DNA of 64,000 bases, taken from Paramoeba atlantica. Its lineage: Eukaryota > Protista > Discosea. This document shows positions 19,004-29,431 of this stretch, piece by piece (the first letter of the stretch is position 1; every line of letters starts with the position of its first letter). Under the pieces are notes generated by a model that did not search any database, was not told the origin of the DNA, and saw only the letters and a program-made list of their open reading frames with translations. A program made the translations under genes and the position numbers. The stretch spans positions 744,001 to 808,000 of the forward strand of contig CDRNVI010000044.1 in assembly GCA_977017575.1 (NCBI GenBank), in the 5' to 3' direction.

Positions 19004-19624
19004 TCACATCGCAGAATCCTTCGCACATTCCATAAACACATCATGAAAGATAGTCGCAATTTCCTTTTTCGGAAATTTAATCGCAAACAACTCTGGCTGA
19101 ATCTCCTCATCTGACGCATCCGCGGGGGTACTCCACACCCACGATCGGTCATCCCCGGCATTACACCGCAGTGCCATTCCTTTCGACAGGAAATGGTTCG
19201 ACCCCAGTTTCAGCGTCCCCTCCCGACGCAGCAGAAACCGGTACTGGTGCGTCTCTTTGGTGTGACGCAGAATACGTGCCTCCCCGAGTCCGCGCTCCTT
19301 CCATCGGTTCTCCCCCTCATCAAAACGGTAGAGTTTGGCGCGCTGACGGTAGACCACCTCCTCGTCCTCCTCCCCTGTGGAGGTTTGCACCGGTGCCAGC
19401 TTGGCCGCGCCCCCGTCCGAGACCGCGAGCTCCTCCTCGGGGTACAACTCCGTGTCTTCGGAAGATTTATCCTTTGAAGAGCTTACGTTGTCTTTGCTGT
19501 TGTCGTTGGATTTCGTTGGGGAGCCAGGGGACTGGTTGGTGTCTTCCGTAGGGGAGGGGGGAGAGTGGAGCTCTGTGGGATCGGTGTTGAGGGAGGGGGG
19601 AACAGGGGGAGAGGAAACGGTCAT
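19004..19624 (-). CDS. RANBP1: Ran-binding protein 1
   Basis: VQTSTGEEDEEVVYRQRAKLYRFD...WKERGLGEARIL...RREGTLKLGSNH...SWVW...FAIKF is a canonical RanBD. Confidence 0.92.
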   Translation of the reverse strand: MTVSSPPVPPSLNTDPTELHSPPSPTEDTNQSPGSPTKSNDNSKDNVSSSKDKSSEDTELYPEEELAVSDGGAAKLAPVQTSTGEEDEEVVYRQRAKLYRFDEGENRWKERGLGEARILRHTKETHQYRFLLRREGTLKLGSNHFLSKGMALRCNAGDDRSWVWSTPADASDEEIQPELFAIKFPKKEIATIFHDVFMECAKDSAM

Positions 19625-19875
19625 GGAAGGAGAGGGGGTGAAAGGAGAGGTGGGGGGAGATTGTGTGGTGTAAGGTTTAAAAGGTGGCGTTGTAAAGGGG
19701 TTAAGGAAGGGGAATAAAAAAAGAATGTTGCGAAAGGAAAAAGAGTCATTTCATAGAATTTCGGTAATAGAATCACCGAAATGTAGAGGGACAGCGATCA
19801 TTATGTAGTCCAATAACGTAGATTGGAAGGAGTTTGAATACAGTATACAAAATATATTAAAATCAAATAAGAAAA

Positions 19876-20556
19876 TCACGTTAGAGCACTTAGTTCCGCC
19901 GGACTCAGTGAGCTATTGAACATCGGTGATAGCGTTGAATAGCGGCAAGTGAAAAATGCAACACCAGGGTGAGAAGGTATTGCAAGGTCGACAACGGCAA
20001 GAATTTCTGCTTTAACCTCAGCATCGAAATTATCCTCATAAAAGACAATTTTACATCTCTCGTATGAGTTCGGATTCGTATTTTCTGATCGAGTACCTTT
20101 TCTACGTCGTATCAACAGAGACACCTCCTCTTGGTACTTTTCTTTGTCTCTCACGACCATTATTTGTAACCCAGCTTTTTTTAACTCTTTATACACTGTA
20201 TACAGGGCATTCCAATGCCTTTCTGCAATAGAATTTATCTTTTCGTCGGCATGAAAGGCAGCGTAATGGGATAGTACGAACGATTCTTGCTTCGGCTCGT
20301 CGTGCAGAATAAGTTCACCCCGATCCCATAAATACCGTGCCTCAATGGCGTCCAAATAAACAAGCGCACTGATTTGAGAGATTGATAAACTTGCGCTAAA
20401 TCGTTCCCGAGCAGAATAGTCGAGGGCTTTACCCATGTTTTGCAGCATTCGGCCACTATGAGAGAAAACGATTACGTCCGACCATAACGGAGATTTATGT
20501 AACTCCGATGTTGGCCAATGAGGAATACCATGGCAAGGCGTAACATGACTAGGCAT
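19876..20556 (-). CDS. tRNA-splicing endonuclease structural subunit (Sen54-like N-terminal domain)
   Basis: SGRMLQNMGK...VYLDAIEARYLWDRGELIL...YTVYKELKKAGLQI matches the Sen54/EndA N-domain pattern (L.L..EEA.YL..RG.L; Y.VY..L...G). No catalytic GxK(F/Y)G motif follows. Confidence 0.55.
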   Translation of the reverse strand: MPSHVTPCHGIPHWPTSELHKSPLWSDVIVFSHSGRMLQNMGKALDYSARERFSASLSISQISALVYLDAIEARYLWDRGELILHDEPKQESFVLSHYAAFHADEKINSIAERHWNALYTVYKELKKAGLQIMVVRDKEKYQEEVSLLIRRRKGTRSENTNPNSYERCKIVFYEDNFDAEVKAEILAVVDLAIPSHPGVAFFTCRYSTLSPMFNSSLSPAELSALT

Positions 20557-20921
20557 TTATAAATTGCGCACTGAACAATGATAGGTACATCGACTGAAGT
20601 GCATTTACATGTGAAAAATAGGTTGATTTTGTGTCTTCTCGAATGTGGATAACATCTAGGTCAAAAAGCAGAAAAATTACATTAGATTACTGTACTGGAA
20701 AGTTGAAACTTTGGGCTTGAAATAATTTCACAGCGAGGTAACACCTGCCGAAGAACACACAAGAAAAAATGACTCTCCAAAGTCCGATGATAAAGATATT
20801 GTCACTACAGACCTCTTGCCGTACCTAGTAGTATGTGCAATAATGAACTGAGTGTATTCTTCACAACTGTTACACAACTGTACGTACACGATGAGTGTCA
20901 AAGAAAACGTACAAACCGGGC

Positions 20922-22442
20922 TTATTCAATGCTGATCAAAATTTTACGTACGTCAAGAATGGACCTTCTTTCTAATATGTAGAAGACGCATAAGGAAAAA
21001 ATCAATCTGACTCCTGCGAAGCAGATTGAAAGCATAAAGTTATTTTGAACGTCGCATAGAAGAACAGAGGCACCGTAAGAAAGCAAAAGCGTGCTGACCA
21101 AAGGCAGAGGAAAAAATATGGTACAGAATGATGCTACTGGAAATTCAGGTTGTGTATACCATACAAACAGCCCACAGAAAATTATTCGAAGAACCATACT
21201 AAAAATGTTGCTAATTACCACACCGAATACTCCTATTCTTTTTGTTAAAAGAATAGAAGAGGTGAAATATATTCCATTAATGATTAGAAGTGCAAGCTGC
21301 CCTCTACGTAGCCACGCATTTGGCGCAGCTGAACGAAAAAAAGCTTCCATCAAACCATTCACCGCTAATATGATAACATAACTGCAATAGATCTGAAATA
21401 GAGGAGTGCATTCTGCATGTGTGATCCAGTTTGACCCCAAAAATATGGAGACTATAGCGCTCGCATGTGGAATTCCGATACCGGCGATTAGCCATCCTAG
21501 AGAGACAACCAGACGCAAAAGTTGGTGTAAGAGCTTGTGCGCTTTGCTTCGGTCTTTGCGTAGGCCATTGTGAAGTAGTTTACTCCATACACCAAAACAG
21601 AGGTCTTCCAATGGACTAAGTACAATACGACATACAATAGAAACTAAATGAGAAACCGCATGATAGAGTGCTAAACTTGAATGTGAAGCAACTGCCATTA
21701 ACGTGAGCTTCTCACCTTCGTTTAGAGCCATACGTAAAAAACATTCTGCTCCCATATGTAGGACTGTGGGCCCAATGCCCTTAGGCAGGTTAAGAATGGA
21801 ATGAGACTTTTCGTTAGGCTTCGTTTTGCCTTTATCACGTTTTAGCCTTTTAACATGAATAGTCTCGTAACCCACAAACATACAGATCCCATACGCAAGC
21901 TGTGACAATCCATAAGCTGATTCTCCAAAGTTAAAACTTAGCAGTCCCGCACACAAGACAGATCGTAGGAGCGAAGCAATACATTCTAAACTGATTTTAG
22001 ATGCAGTTGAAAATTGGGAAAATAGCAGTAACGCTCGAGGTTCTGCCAAAGCCTCAAATGAGGCTGCTGCAAAGAAGAATTTGGATAGGTACGGTGAACA
22101 TTGCGAGGAAAAGTATGGAAGCGCATAGAATTGAGAAAGGTATGAGCTCATAAAGATGCACAATCCCAGAAGGTTCCCCAAATTTTGAACTCGTCGTGCC
22201 TCAGTATTCGTACGAATTCGAAGGCGTAAAACAGTATTTCGGACAGGTTCTCGCGTAATAAAGATTACTATACTCTGGAATACCTCATGTTGCAATGATA
22301 TGCCCCATAGTTCTGGATCAGCGCGTCGCACGCAGTAGAGAGTAGCAAACAAAGATACTGTCTTTAGGGCCCAATGCAGTGGAAGAGTCGTTAGCAAATC
22401 CAAACCTCGCTCCCCGGTGTTAGCACTCGAATTATTTGACAT
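20922..22442 (-). CDS. RFT1: Rft1 lipid-linked oligosaccharide translocation protein
   Basis: Polytopic membrane protein with FQSIVIFITREPVR, EALAEP, FLRMALNEGEKL, LVSIVCRIVLSPLED and LAVNGLMEAF motifs. Confidence 0.85.
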   Translation of the reverse strand: MSNNSSANTGERGLDLLTTLPLHWALKTVSLFATLYCVRRADPELWGISLQHEVFQSIVIFITREPVRNTVLRLRIRTNTEARRVQNLGNLLGLCIFMSSYLSQFYALPYFSSQCSPYLSKFFFAAASFEALAEPRALLLFSQFSTASKISLECIASLLRSVLCAGLLSFNFGESAYGLSQLAYGICMFVGYETIHVKRLKRDKGKTKPNEKSHSILNLPKGIGPTVLHMGAECFLRMALNEGEKLTLMAVASHSSLALYHAVSHLVSIVCRIVLSPLEDLCFGVWSKLLHNGLRKDRSKAHKLLHQLLRLVVSLGWLIAGIGIPHASAIVSIFLGSNWITHAECTPLFQIYCSYVIILAVNGLMEAFFRSAAPNAWLRRGQLALLIINGIYFTSSILLTKRIGVFGVVISNIFSMVLRIIFCGLFVWYTQPEFPVASFCTIFFPLPLVSTLLLSYGASVLLCDVQNNFMLSICFAGVRLIFSLCVFYILERRSILDVRKILISIE

Positions 22443-22691
22443 CGTCGCTGACGTTTTACGAACTTACAGGACGATACGAACTTACAGGCTGTACGTGTAC
22501 TGCGCTGTGTCACATCTATTAGTTCTTCTCTGTACGTACATAAAGGCTAAAACGAAAATACCAGTGGACGTCCTCATTTTCGGAATTAAATGGGCCATTA
22601 CGCTAGTAGACTGAATCTTTACATTTCAAAATTATGTAGTCATTAAAGGTTATTTTAAGGTACCGCTGCCATTGAAGTGGTACTTCGGCAT

Positions 22692-23852
22692 TCAGCCGAA
22701 TCCTAGTTCATGTCGAGCCGTAACAATTCTTCCGACATCGACATCACGTATTCCATAGTGTTGTATAATTTTGATGTCGTCCTGCTTTGGGGGAACCAAA
22801 TTCTCCGCTGATACTGTGTCAGCATGGATAGCTGCATTGGCCTTTCGGTACTTCTCATGGCACTCTGGAAGTTCCCAGCAATGTAAGACATTATGAAGGC
22901 GACACAAAGAAATGTTATCATACGGGGAGAATTCGTCTCTTTTACGTATTGATCGCCCTAGATTGTCATCTGTGCATACATGCTTATGCGGGAGCTGCGC
23001 ATCTGTTTCATTTAAAGTGTCACAGAAGTAACCCCCGAAATGAGCAGCTCCTAACTTTAGCTCAAGGTCTACGGCATAGTCCGGTATAAGTGGCGTTCCC
23101 CAAGGGAGATGTGTTCCCTGTGTTCTACATAGACGGAGTTCCAACCATTGTTCGTACAGATGGCGATATAGAGATGACATGGGCACATCCTTGCGACCAC
23201 ACGAACTGATAATTCGATAGACCTTCTGTCCATTATATGAATAATCTTCTAAATTTAGATTTGGTATGAATTTCGAGAGAAGGGAGGGAATAACAGGAAC
23301 GGCTTCTCTTAATGTTATAAACGCCGATTGCGCGCATCCGATATGTGCGACGTATTCAAGACATGAAAGATAAGATTCCATATCGTCCAGTGAGATCTTG
23401 GAAATATCGAGCCATTCTGCAAGTGATGAGTGACCTCGGTTGTCAGGGCAGCAAGACTTTCTTAAATTACAAAGAATAGGATATGTTATCACCACTTTCT
23501 CAGGAGAGGCATCGGGAGGTATGCTGGATACATACATATTGTACGTCCCAGGTTTGCTGGGTCTTTCTTTCTGCACATCTAGAAACTGACGTTCATCCGG
23601 AGATCCTTCCGTTTCTGGATAGTGGTCGGTTTCATTTTTAATTCCTATATCTGCTATTCTAGCACCGTTTCGCGAGGACTCTTTGTGTGACTCCAACCAA
23701 GAACAGAGATGCGATGCTGGCCACTTTTCATTGAGCTCTATTGTTTCATTTGCGCTTAATGCCTCAATACCATATTGACGTTCCGGATTCAGTAATCGAA
23801 TCTCTGAGATGTTAAGTGGTCGGTATACCGCACTGCTTCTTGTAGTCAGCAT
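22692..23852 (-). CDS. Hypothetical protein (386 aa)
   Basis: Long ATG-initiated ORF on the cluster strand; no family recognised. Confidence 0.6.
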   Translation of the reverse strand: MLTTRSSAVYRPLNISEIRLLNPERQYGIEALSANETIELNEKWPASHLCSWLESHKESSRNGARIADIGIKNETDHYPETEGSPDERQFLDVQKERPSKPGTYNMYVSSIPPDASPEKVVITYPILCNLRKSCCPDNRGHSSLAEWLDISKISLDDMESYLSCLEYVAHIGCAQSAFITLREAVPVIPSLLSKFIPNLNLEDYSYNGQKVYRIISSCGRKDVPMSSLYRHLYEQWLELRLCRTQGTHLPWGTPLIPDYAVDLELKLGAAHFGGYFCDTLNETDAQLPHKHVCTDDNLGRSIRKRDEFSPYDNISLCRLHNVLHCWELPECHEKYRKANAAIHADTVSAENLVPPKQDDIKIIQHYGIRDVDVGRIVTARHELGFG

Positions 23853-24156
23853 ATCCCGCTTCGTTAAATCGACTGTTCACTGCCTCACCCTCAGTACAAG
23901 CTGCAAACACCGTGCAGTTTTTAGGCGCAGATCAGGTTTCATAAAATAGAACTCTATTGTCAACTTGAAAAGCGTCACAAATATCGAAAAATCTATTTGA
24001 TTAACTGTGAAGAACTTGATAAATGAAGTAACTTTACACGCACTACATTTTTACGAATAAATTTTCACACGAATACACATTGCACTAGAAATTCAGTTGC
24101 GTAACTTTAACTATGTAGCTCGGCTCATGTACTCCCACTTCACGCATTGAAAACAT

Positions 24157-25509
24157 TTAAAATATACCCGCCCGTGCTGGAGGCCGTGTATTCGGTATTG
24201 GAGGCGCCGGAGGGCGTGAACTTGGTATTGGAGCGGCCGGAGGTTGAGTGGTTGGACGCGGATAGGTTCCCGTCCCAGAACACAACGAACCATTCACCCT
24301 ATCCGTACGTCCTTCTTTGCAAAAAACACTTCCTTTGCCTTCACCCCCCGGCTTCCCCTCCGGTTCCACAGGCTCCACCATCCTCAATGCTGGCAACCCC
24401 CCACCCCCACTCTCCCCCTCCCCCGCGGGTCTCCCCAAACGCCACACAAACACCCTCCCCCTCCCCCCTGCACTACACAACACCCCGGGGCGAAACCGGC
24501 TCCAGTCCACCCCCACCACCGGCTCCTTACGGCCATGGTGCCGGTACCGTGCCACTAGCCCCAACGCCCCCCCCTCCGCCCCCCCCGGCGGGGGTCGGTT
24601 CAACCCCCAGTGACACACCACCCCGTCCTCCCCGGCACTCACCAGCTCGGTACGGCTGTGGGGGGAGAACCTCACGTCCCGTACCGCGGCGTGGTGGCCA
24701 TTGGCCAGAACCACCACGGGCTGCCGCAGCTTGCGGAGATCCCAGAGATACACACAGGCATCTCCCGCCGCGGTGACGACCACGTGGGGGTCGTAGGGGT
24801 TCCCGTCTACGGCAAACAACGGCTTCCCCTTATTGCTGCCGTTGTTGTTGTCGTTGTGGTCACCGGAGCCCACCGAAGCCGTAGAGCAGCTGGGGGAGGT
24901 AGGCGAGAGACGGGTGTCCCATAGATGGAGACACCCGTCCAGGGTAACGCTACAGAGTTGTGTGGGGTCGTGGGTCGACCACGTGGCATCGGTAACTGCT
25001 GGAGGAGTCGTATGAGGAGGAGGAGTGGTAGTGGACGGGGGGGTTAGGGTACAGAGAGGTTGCCAATTCCGTGTCGTGCTCCATAGTTTTATTTCTCCAC
25101 CTGAGGAGGCTGTGAGGAAGCGGTCGTTGGTGAGAGTGTTGCATTGTACGACCGTGACGGGGTCATGGTGAGCACGAAGGGTTTGTTTGAGATTTGTGTG
25201 TGTTCTCGAGGTAGTGTGGGGTTTGTGGGAAAGAATGGTAATGTCTTGTCCGCTGGCGATGTAGGTTAGTGCGGAGTCGGTTTCTGAGAAGCTAACGTCG
25301 AGGGCACGGGAAAGTAGCTGGATGCCTTCCTCTGCCTTCACTTGTGTGATTGTATCAGAGCTGCCAAAGGACAAAGACGCAACGTACACTGCTCCTGAAG
25401 GAGTGAAAGACGAATCTTGGCCCGCACATACAACAAAGGCAGTTTCATCCCACGGGGAAAAGGCGACACTTTGTGCGCAAAAGCCATCATGTAGTGTAAG
25501 TGCAGGCAT
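24157..25509 (-). CDS. PEX7: Peroxin-7 (PTS2 receptor)-like WD40 protein with low-complexity insertions
   Basis: GFCAQSVAFSPW...AGQD...GAVYVASL, LDVSFSE, FLTASSGGEIKLWS, AAGDACVYLWDLR and VRDVRFSPHSRTELVSAGED follow the Pex7 pattern. ATG is at 25509 (the track start is TTG). Confidence 0.75.
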   Translation of the reverse strand: MPALTLHDGFCAQSVAFSPWDETAFVVCAGQDSSFTPSGAVYVASLSFGSSDTITQVKAEEGIQLLSRALDVSFSETDSALTYIASGQDITILSHKPHTTSRTHTNLKQTLRAHHDPVTVVQCNTLTNDRFLTASSGGEIKLWSTTRNWQPLCTLTPPSTTTPPPHTTPPAVTDATWSTHDPTQLCSVTLDGCLHLWDTRLSPTSPSCSTASVGSGDHNDNNNGSNKGKPLFAVDGNPYDPHVVVTAAGDACVYLWDLRKLRQPVVVLANGHHAAVRDVRFSPHSRTELVSAGEDGVVCHWGLNRPPPGGAEGGALGLVARYRHHGRKEPVVGVDWSRFRPGVLCSAGGRGRVFVWRLGRPAGEGESGGGGLPALRMVEPVEPEGKPGGEGKGSVFCKEGRTDRVNGSLCSGTGTYPRPTTQPPAAPIPSSRPPAPPIPNTRPPARAGIF

Positions 25510-25572
25510 TTTAGAAATGGAAGTTGTAAAGTATTGAATAAGCGCCGCAATGAACAACTCAAATTCTTGGAT

Positions 25573-26013
25573 TTAATCACCGTCTTGAGAAAAGGGAGTA
25601 CACAACCATCTAACACGTATAAATTGCGTACAGTGAATACAAGTATTGAGTTTGGGCAACACTGTACGTTCTGCGCAACGTAAACAAAAATTGGAGTTAC
25701 GAGAATCTTTCTCTTGGATATCTTTTTTTGCCGTTATGGTGGAACAAAGCAACGTTTGTTTTCCTGCGAGATGTGTCGCCCGCACCATGCCCACCAGTGC
25801 GGACGATAAAAATGCGCTCTCTGACCCTGTTTTTTGTGGAATCACATGTACGCAAAATTTACCATGAGGTCGCTTCGATGAGATTTCTTCGGCGGCCATA
25901 TTTCCATTTCGATCATCGTAAATGACGATGTCACATCCATAGTTCATACCACTGCGATACGTTAAAGCAGAAGCTTGCGTCGCTTTAATTTGACCCTCAG
26001 TGCTCGTAAGCAT
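25573..26013 (-). CDS. tRNA-splicing endonuclease catalytic domain (Sen2/Sen34-like), lacking the N-terminal domain
   Basis: YRSGMNYGCDIVIY...PHGKFCVHVI...GMVRATHLAGKQTLLC retains the Tyr-His-Lys triad positions. An in-frame stop lies about 20 nt upstream of the ATG. Confidence 0.7.
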   Translation of the reverse strand: MLTSTEGQIKATQASALTYRSGMNYGCDIVIYDDRNGNMAAEEISSKRPHGKFCVHVIPQKTGSESAFLSSALVGMVRATHLAGKQTLLCSTITAKKDIQEKDSRNSNFCLRCAERTVLPKLNTCIHCTQFIRVRWLCTPFSQDGD

Positions 26014-26256
26014 CAATGAATCGTGTGGTTAGTAGTTTAAAATCGATATTCCAGTATTGCATGATAAAAACAACTTACGAATGGTTAGCTTCATTGGATT
26101 TTCCTGGTTTCTGAAGAAATAGAGGGAAACGTAAGGATTTGTTGAAATAAATCCAAATGAAATTTTATTATCCGAATGAAACGTTGCCCATAGATGAGAA
26201 AATAAGTATTAGTTGGGTTTTAAAAAACCCTGTATTTCATGCTTTAATGGAGAAAA

Positions 26257-27051
26257 TTAATCTGAATCGTCGGAGGCACTGTCAAGCATAGCTTCCATCG
26301 CTTTAAGAGAGAGATGTTGTCGTTGAGAAATTTCATGTGCTTTATTATCTTGCATTTGAGAATGCGGAGGTCGCGCTCGCTCTCTTGCTGCTTGAGCTTC
26401 AGAATGGAAATCATGGCCTCGTGATTCCGATTTCGGGCGCTCAGGAATGCTTTTAGTAGAAACTAAATTGGCTGCGTTGTATGTGGCTTGTTCTTGAGGT
26501 TTCTCAACTTTTTGACTCGGATTCGCCTGGGGAAGCAACTCCCTATGGGGTGCAGTACTTGGCATGATGTCTGGCACGATTTCGCTTTCGGATACTACAG
26601 CTGTCACACCATGGATCTCTTTAGAATGTTTCCTTCGTTTCGATTGAGGCATTGTCTTCACTTCTTGCTCAAGTGCAGCCGACTCGGGCTGCGTTACTAC
26701 CGACTCGTTCTCTTGGTTTATACTTCTTCGGCTTTCATTCGCTAACCTTTCGGAATTGTCAGAAGAAGTACGTGCCAGTTTTCGTTTTTTGAACCTCGCT
26801 CCGGAACGATTGCGCTGGCGCTGTAGCTCTCCACTGTAGGATATTCGAAGCAGCGTGTGACAGACAATATCCTCCAGCGAGTGAGACAGGACGTTTGCTC
26901 TTTGTACAGCTTCTGTGTAGAACTCCGCTACGCACGCTCGCGCCAGATCATGCATCTTACGCTGACGAAACCATCGGAGGATGTGGGCCTGAATGGCGAG
27001 CTCTTGCCGATAGGCAGGAGGGTTACCATTTCCGTCTTCAGCGGACGTCAT
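26257..27051 (-). CDS. Hypothetical protein with LisH-like N-terminal motif and disordered C-terminus
   Basis: IQAHILRWFRQRKMHDLARACVAE is LisH-like; the remainder is low-complexity and ends SASDDSD. Confidence 0.5.
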   Translation of the reverse strand: MTSAEDGNGNPPAYRQELAIQAHILRWFRQRKMHDLARACVAEFYTEAVQRANVLSHSLEDIVCHTLLRISYSGELQRQRNRSGARFKKRKLARTSSDNSERLANESRRSINQENESVVTQPESAALEQEVKTMPQSKRRKHSKEIHGVTAVVSESEIVPDIMPSTAPHRELLPQANPSQKVEKPQEQATYNAANLVSTKSIPERPKSESRGHDFHSEAQAARERARPPHSQMQDNKAHEISQRQHLSLKAMEAMLDSASDDSD

Positions 27052-27228
27052 AGCCAAAAAAAGAAAACTATAAACAAAATAAACTGACTACAAAAACCTA
27101 TGAAAATACGGAATTGTGCTTCGAAAACGTTTTTCAGCTTACATTGTAGATTACATTCTTTTTTTGCAAGGAAAGCAAAATCGTATCATCAGACTCCATG
27201 AAAAAATAAATCAGACGTGCAGTGGGAT

Positions 27229-29076
27229 TTATATGTTTCTCTTATTTTTTCCCGTAGTCGCAGATAAAGGTCTCTCCCTTTTTCGTAGCCGGTTACGTTG
27301 TTCTGTTTCTAAATTATATTTTTGAATCATGATCCTACCGGACTTCGACTGGCGCAAAGCTTGTATTACCTTTGCTGTAAGAAGTTGGTGGTCCACCCAT
27401 TTTGGCCTTTTCATGGAATAGTGGTTAAGCACTGACTCCAGAAAGTGACTCCCGTAGGTGTCTTGTGCTAGGGTTGGTAGCATACTACGGAAGCGACGTA
27501 TGAATCGTTCGATCATTTCGTTTCGCGGGATACTACTAGCTTCCCTCTGTGGCAAAGAAGAAATATTTCTTAAGAAAGCTAGGTAGGTCTGTAGCAAGCG
27601 CGAACCGTCAGCCTGAAGAGCCAGATGACGGAGTACCTCACTCGGTACGTGATTGAAATCATTTGTAATCAATGTAACGAGCTCCTCATACGTTGCGTTT
27701 GAATCGCATTCTCTACATTTTTCGCTAAGGTTGTCGATAATTGCCTGCACAAACTGCACCCCAAAGCTTTGACCTTTCTTCCCATGAAAAATCGATGAGG
27801 TCAGTAGTTTGTGCAAAGGTCCAAACCAACTGCCAGAGGATCCTGATACGCCGATTTTTATTGACTCCGGTGCAACGGAGTTATGGAGACGTTGCAAGTC
27901 TCCCGTTGGGTGATCTTCGTTAGATATCAACTTTGTGTCCGATTCTTGTCGAGACCTTTCTTCTTGCAGGTCTGAAATAGTTTTCTCATCCACGTCATTT
28001 AATAAACCAATCACTCGATATATGTTGAGAAGAAAATCGCGGCGACGAAAAAGCTCAAGGATTGGGGCAAAGTTTCGATTTGCGAGCATGCTTGAGACAT
28101 GGGGAGAAATACCGGCTCTCCATAGTCGTTTAACTACTCTTTCTGTGGGAGCTCCTCTGATAATTGCCGCGAGCACGCGCATTCCTGCGTCATTCAATGC
28201 AAGCCTTGCTAACATGCCTCTCTGCATACTTTTAATAATGACATTATCATCGGACATATCTTTAGTTTGTATGCTACTATTTTCGCTACCGTTTTCTAGA
28301 GTTACTCGCCCATGATCCGAAAAAGCGGTTAGAAAAGTCAAATAGTGTCTTTGTAGAAGTAACTCCACTATATGGCTGCTGATTGGGTGGGTAGCGAGCT
28401 CAATTAATGGCGGTAACCCTCCTGTAGAAATGTGCTCTAACAATATTCGAGACATTGTTTGTGTAGGTTTTGGAGACGTCTGTAGCTCGATGAAAACACA
28501 GAGCAAAGGTCCACTGTAACGGTTTTGCCACATGGATCGTTTAGCAGAAAGTCGCGCAAGAACCACTTCGACGCATTTAAACCAAGAGTCGGTGATGCTA
28601 ATATTTTCATCACTTACATTTGTTTCATCTTTAAACATGGAGCGCATTTTTTGTAAGATTGCGCGAAGAATGTAACTGCCGCACCTCGTCCAGGCAAGAT
28701 TCAGTTTTGGCTCATTTATGATGACCTCTTTTGCGACAGCAATAATATTGTTTCGTTCAGAGCAATGCCTGACAAGGGCTTCAAGTGCAAAGGAGGCCAC
28801 CGGACGCTCAGAAAGAATTCCCCACAGACCTGCTAATGCAACAAATATAGAGCTTTCCTGAGAAGACGAGAGACCACTAGATATTATCTGTTCTAAGGTT
28901 TGTGTAACACTTTTGTGACTGAAGTAGAGTTTGTTCTCTCTTAAATTCCGAAGTAGCTCTACGAGAACGCCATCGACAAAAGAATTCTTTTCGTCCACAT
29001 CGTCGAAGCAATGATTAGACAAAATATTACTACAATTCTGTAGGTATTCGACCTGATCTTGACGAAGGGAGCACAT
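27229..29076 (-). CDS. NOP9: Nop9-like Pumilio-repeat protein
   Basis: PUF-like repeats: ERPVASFALEALV, RCGSYILRAIL, THPISSHIVELLL, QADGSRLLQTYL and LAQDTYGSHFLESVL. Confidence 0.7.
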   Translation of the reverse strand: MCSLRQDQVEYLQNCSNILSNHCFDDVDEKNSFVDGVLVELLRNLRENKLYFSHKSVTQTLEQIISSGLSSSQESSIFVALAGLWGILSERPVASFALEALVRHCSERNNIIAVAKEVIINEPKLNLAWTRCGSYILRAILQKMRSMFKDETNVSDENISITDSWFKCVEVVLARLSAKRSMWQNRYSGPLLCVFIELQTSPKPTQTMSRILLEHISTGGLPPLIELATHPISSHIVELLLQRHYLTFLTAFSDHGRVTLENGSENSSIQTKDMSDDNVIIKSMQRGMLARLALNDAGMRVLAAIIRGAPTERVVKRLWRAGISPHVSSMLANRNFAPILELFRRRDFLLNIYRVIGLLNDVDEKTISDLQEERSRQESDTKLISNEDHPTGDLQRLHNSVAPESIKIGVSGSSGSWFGPLHKLLTSSIFHGKKGQSFGVQFVQAIIDNLSEKCRECDSNATYEELVTLITNDFNHVPSEVLRHLALQADGSRLLQTYLAFLRNISSLPQREASSIPRNEMIERFIRRFRSMLPTLAQDTYGSHFLESVLNHYSMKRPKWVDHQLLTAKVIQALRQSKSGRIMIQKYNLETEQRNRLRKRERPLSATTGKNKRNI

Positions 29077-29431
29077 CTGAAGAAAGGAACAGAATAGAAG
29101 GAATGCTTATTTGACGTATATGCAGGAAAATAACGTAAAGTCTTACAAGTCTGTACCAACACGCTGCATTCACGTACTGGTTGACGTGAAGGCAGAGTAG
29201 AAGAACGTTCTCTTACTCTCTTGTACTACATCTCTACTACATCTCTTGTACATCGTTTTCTTAAGCTAGGAATATTGACAACTGTTTCCTCTCTTGTAAC
29301 ATACAAAATATATCTACGAATCTCATGAAAAAAAGAGTGTTGATGTAAGTGTACAGCTTTTAACCAGACTTTAATCGAACTTGGAGATTAAAAGGCCCGA
29401 ACTATGGTAGAAACGTTGATGCGATACGTTT

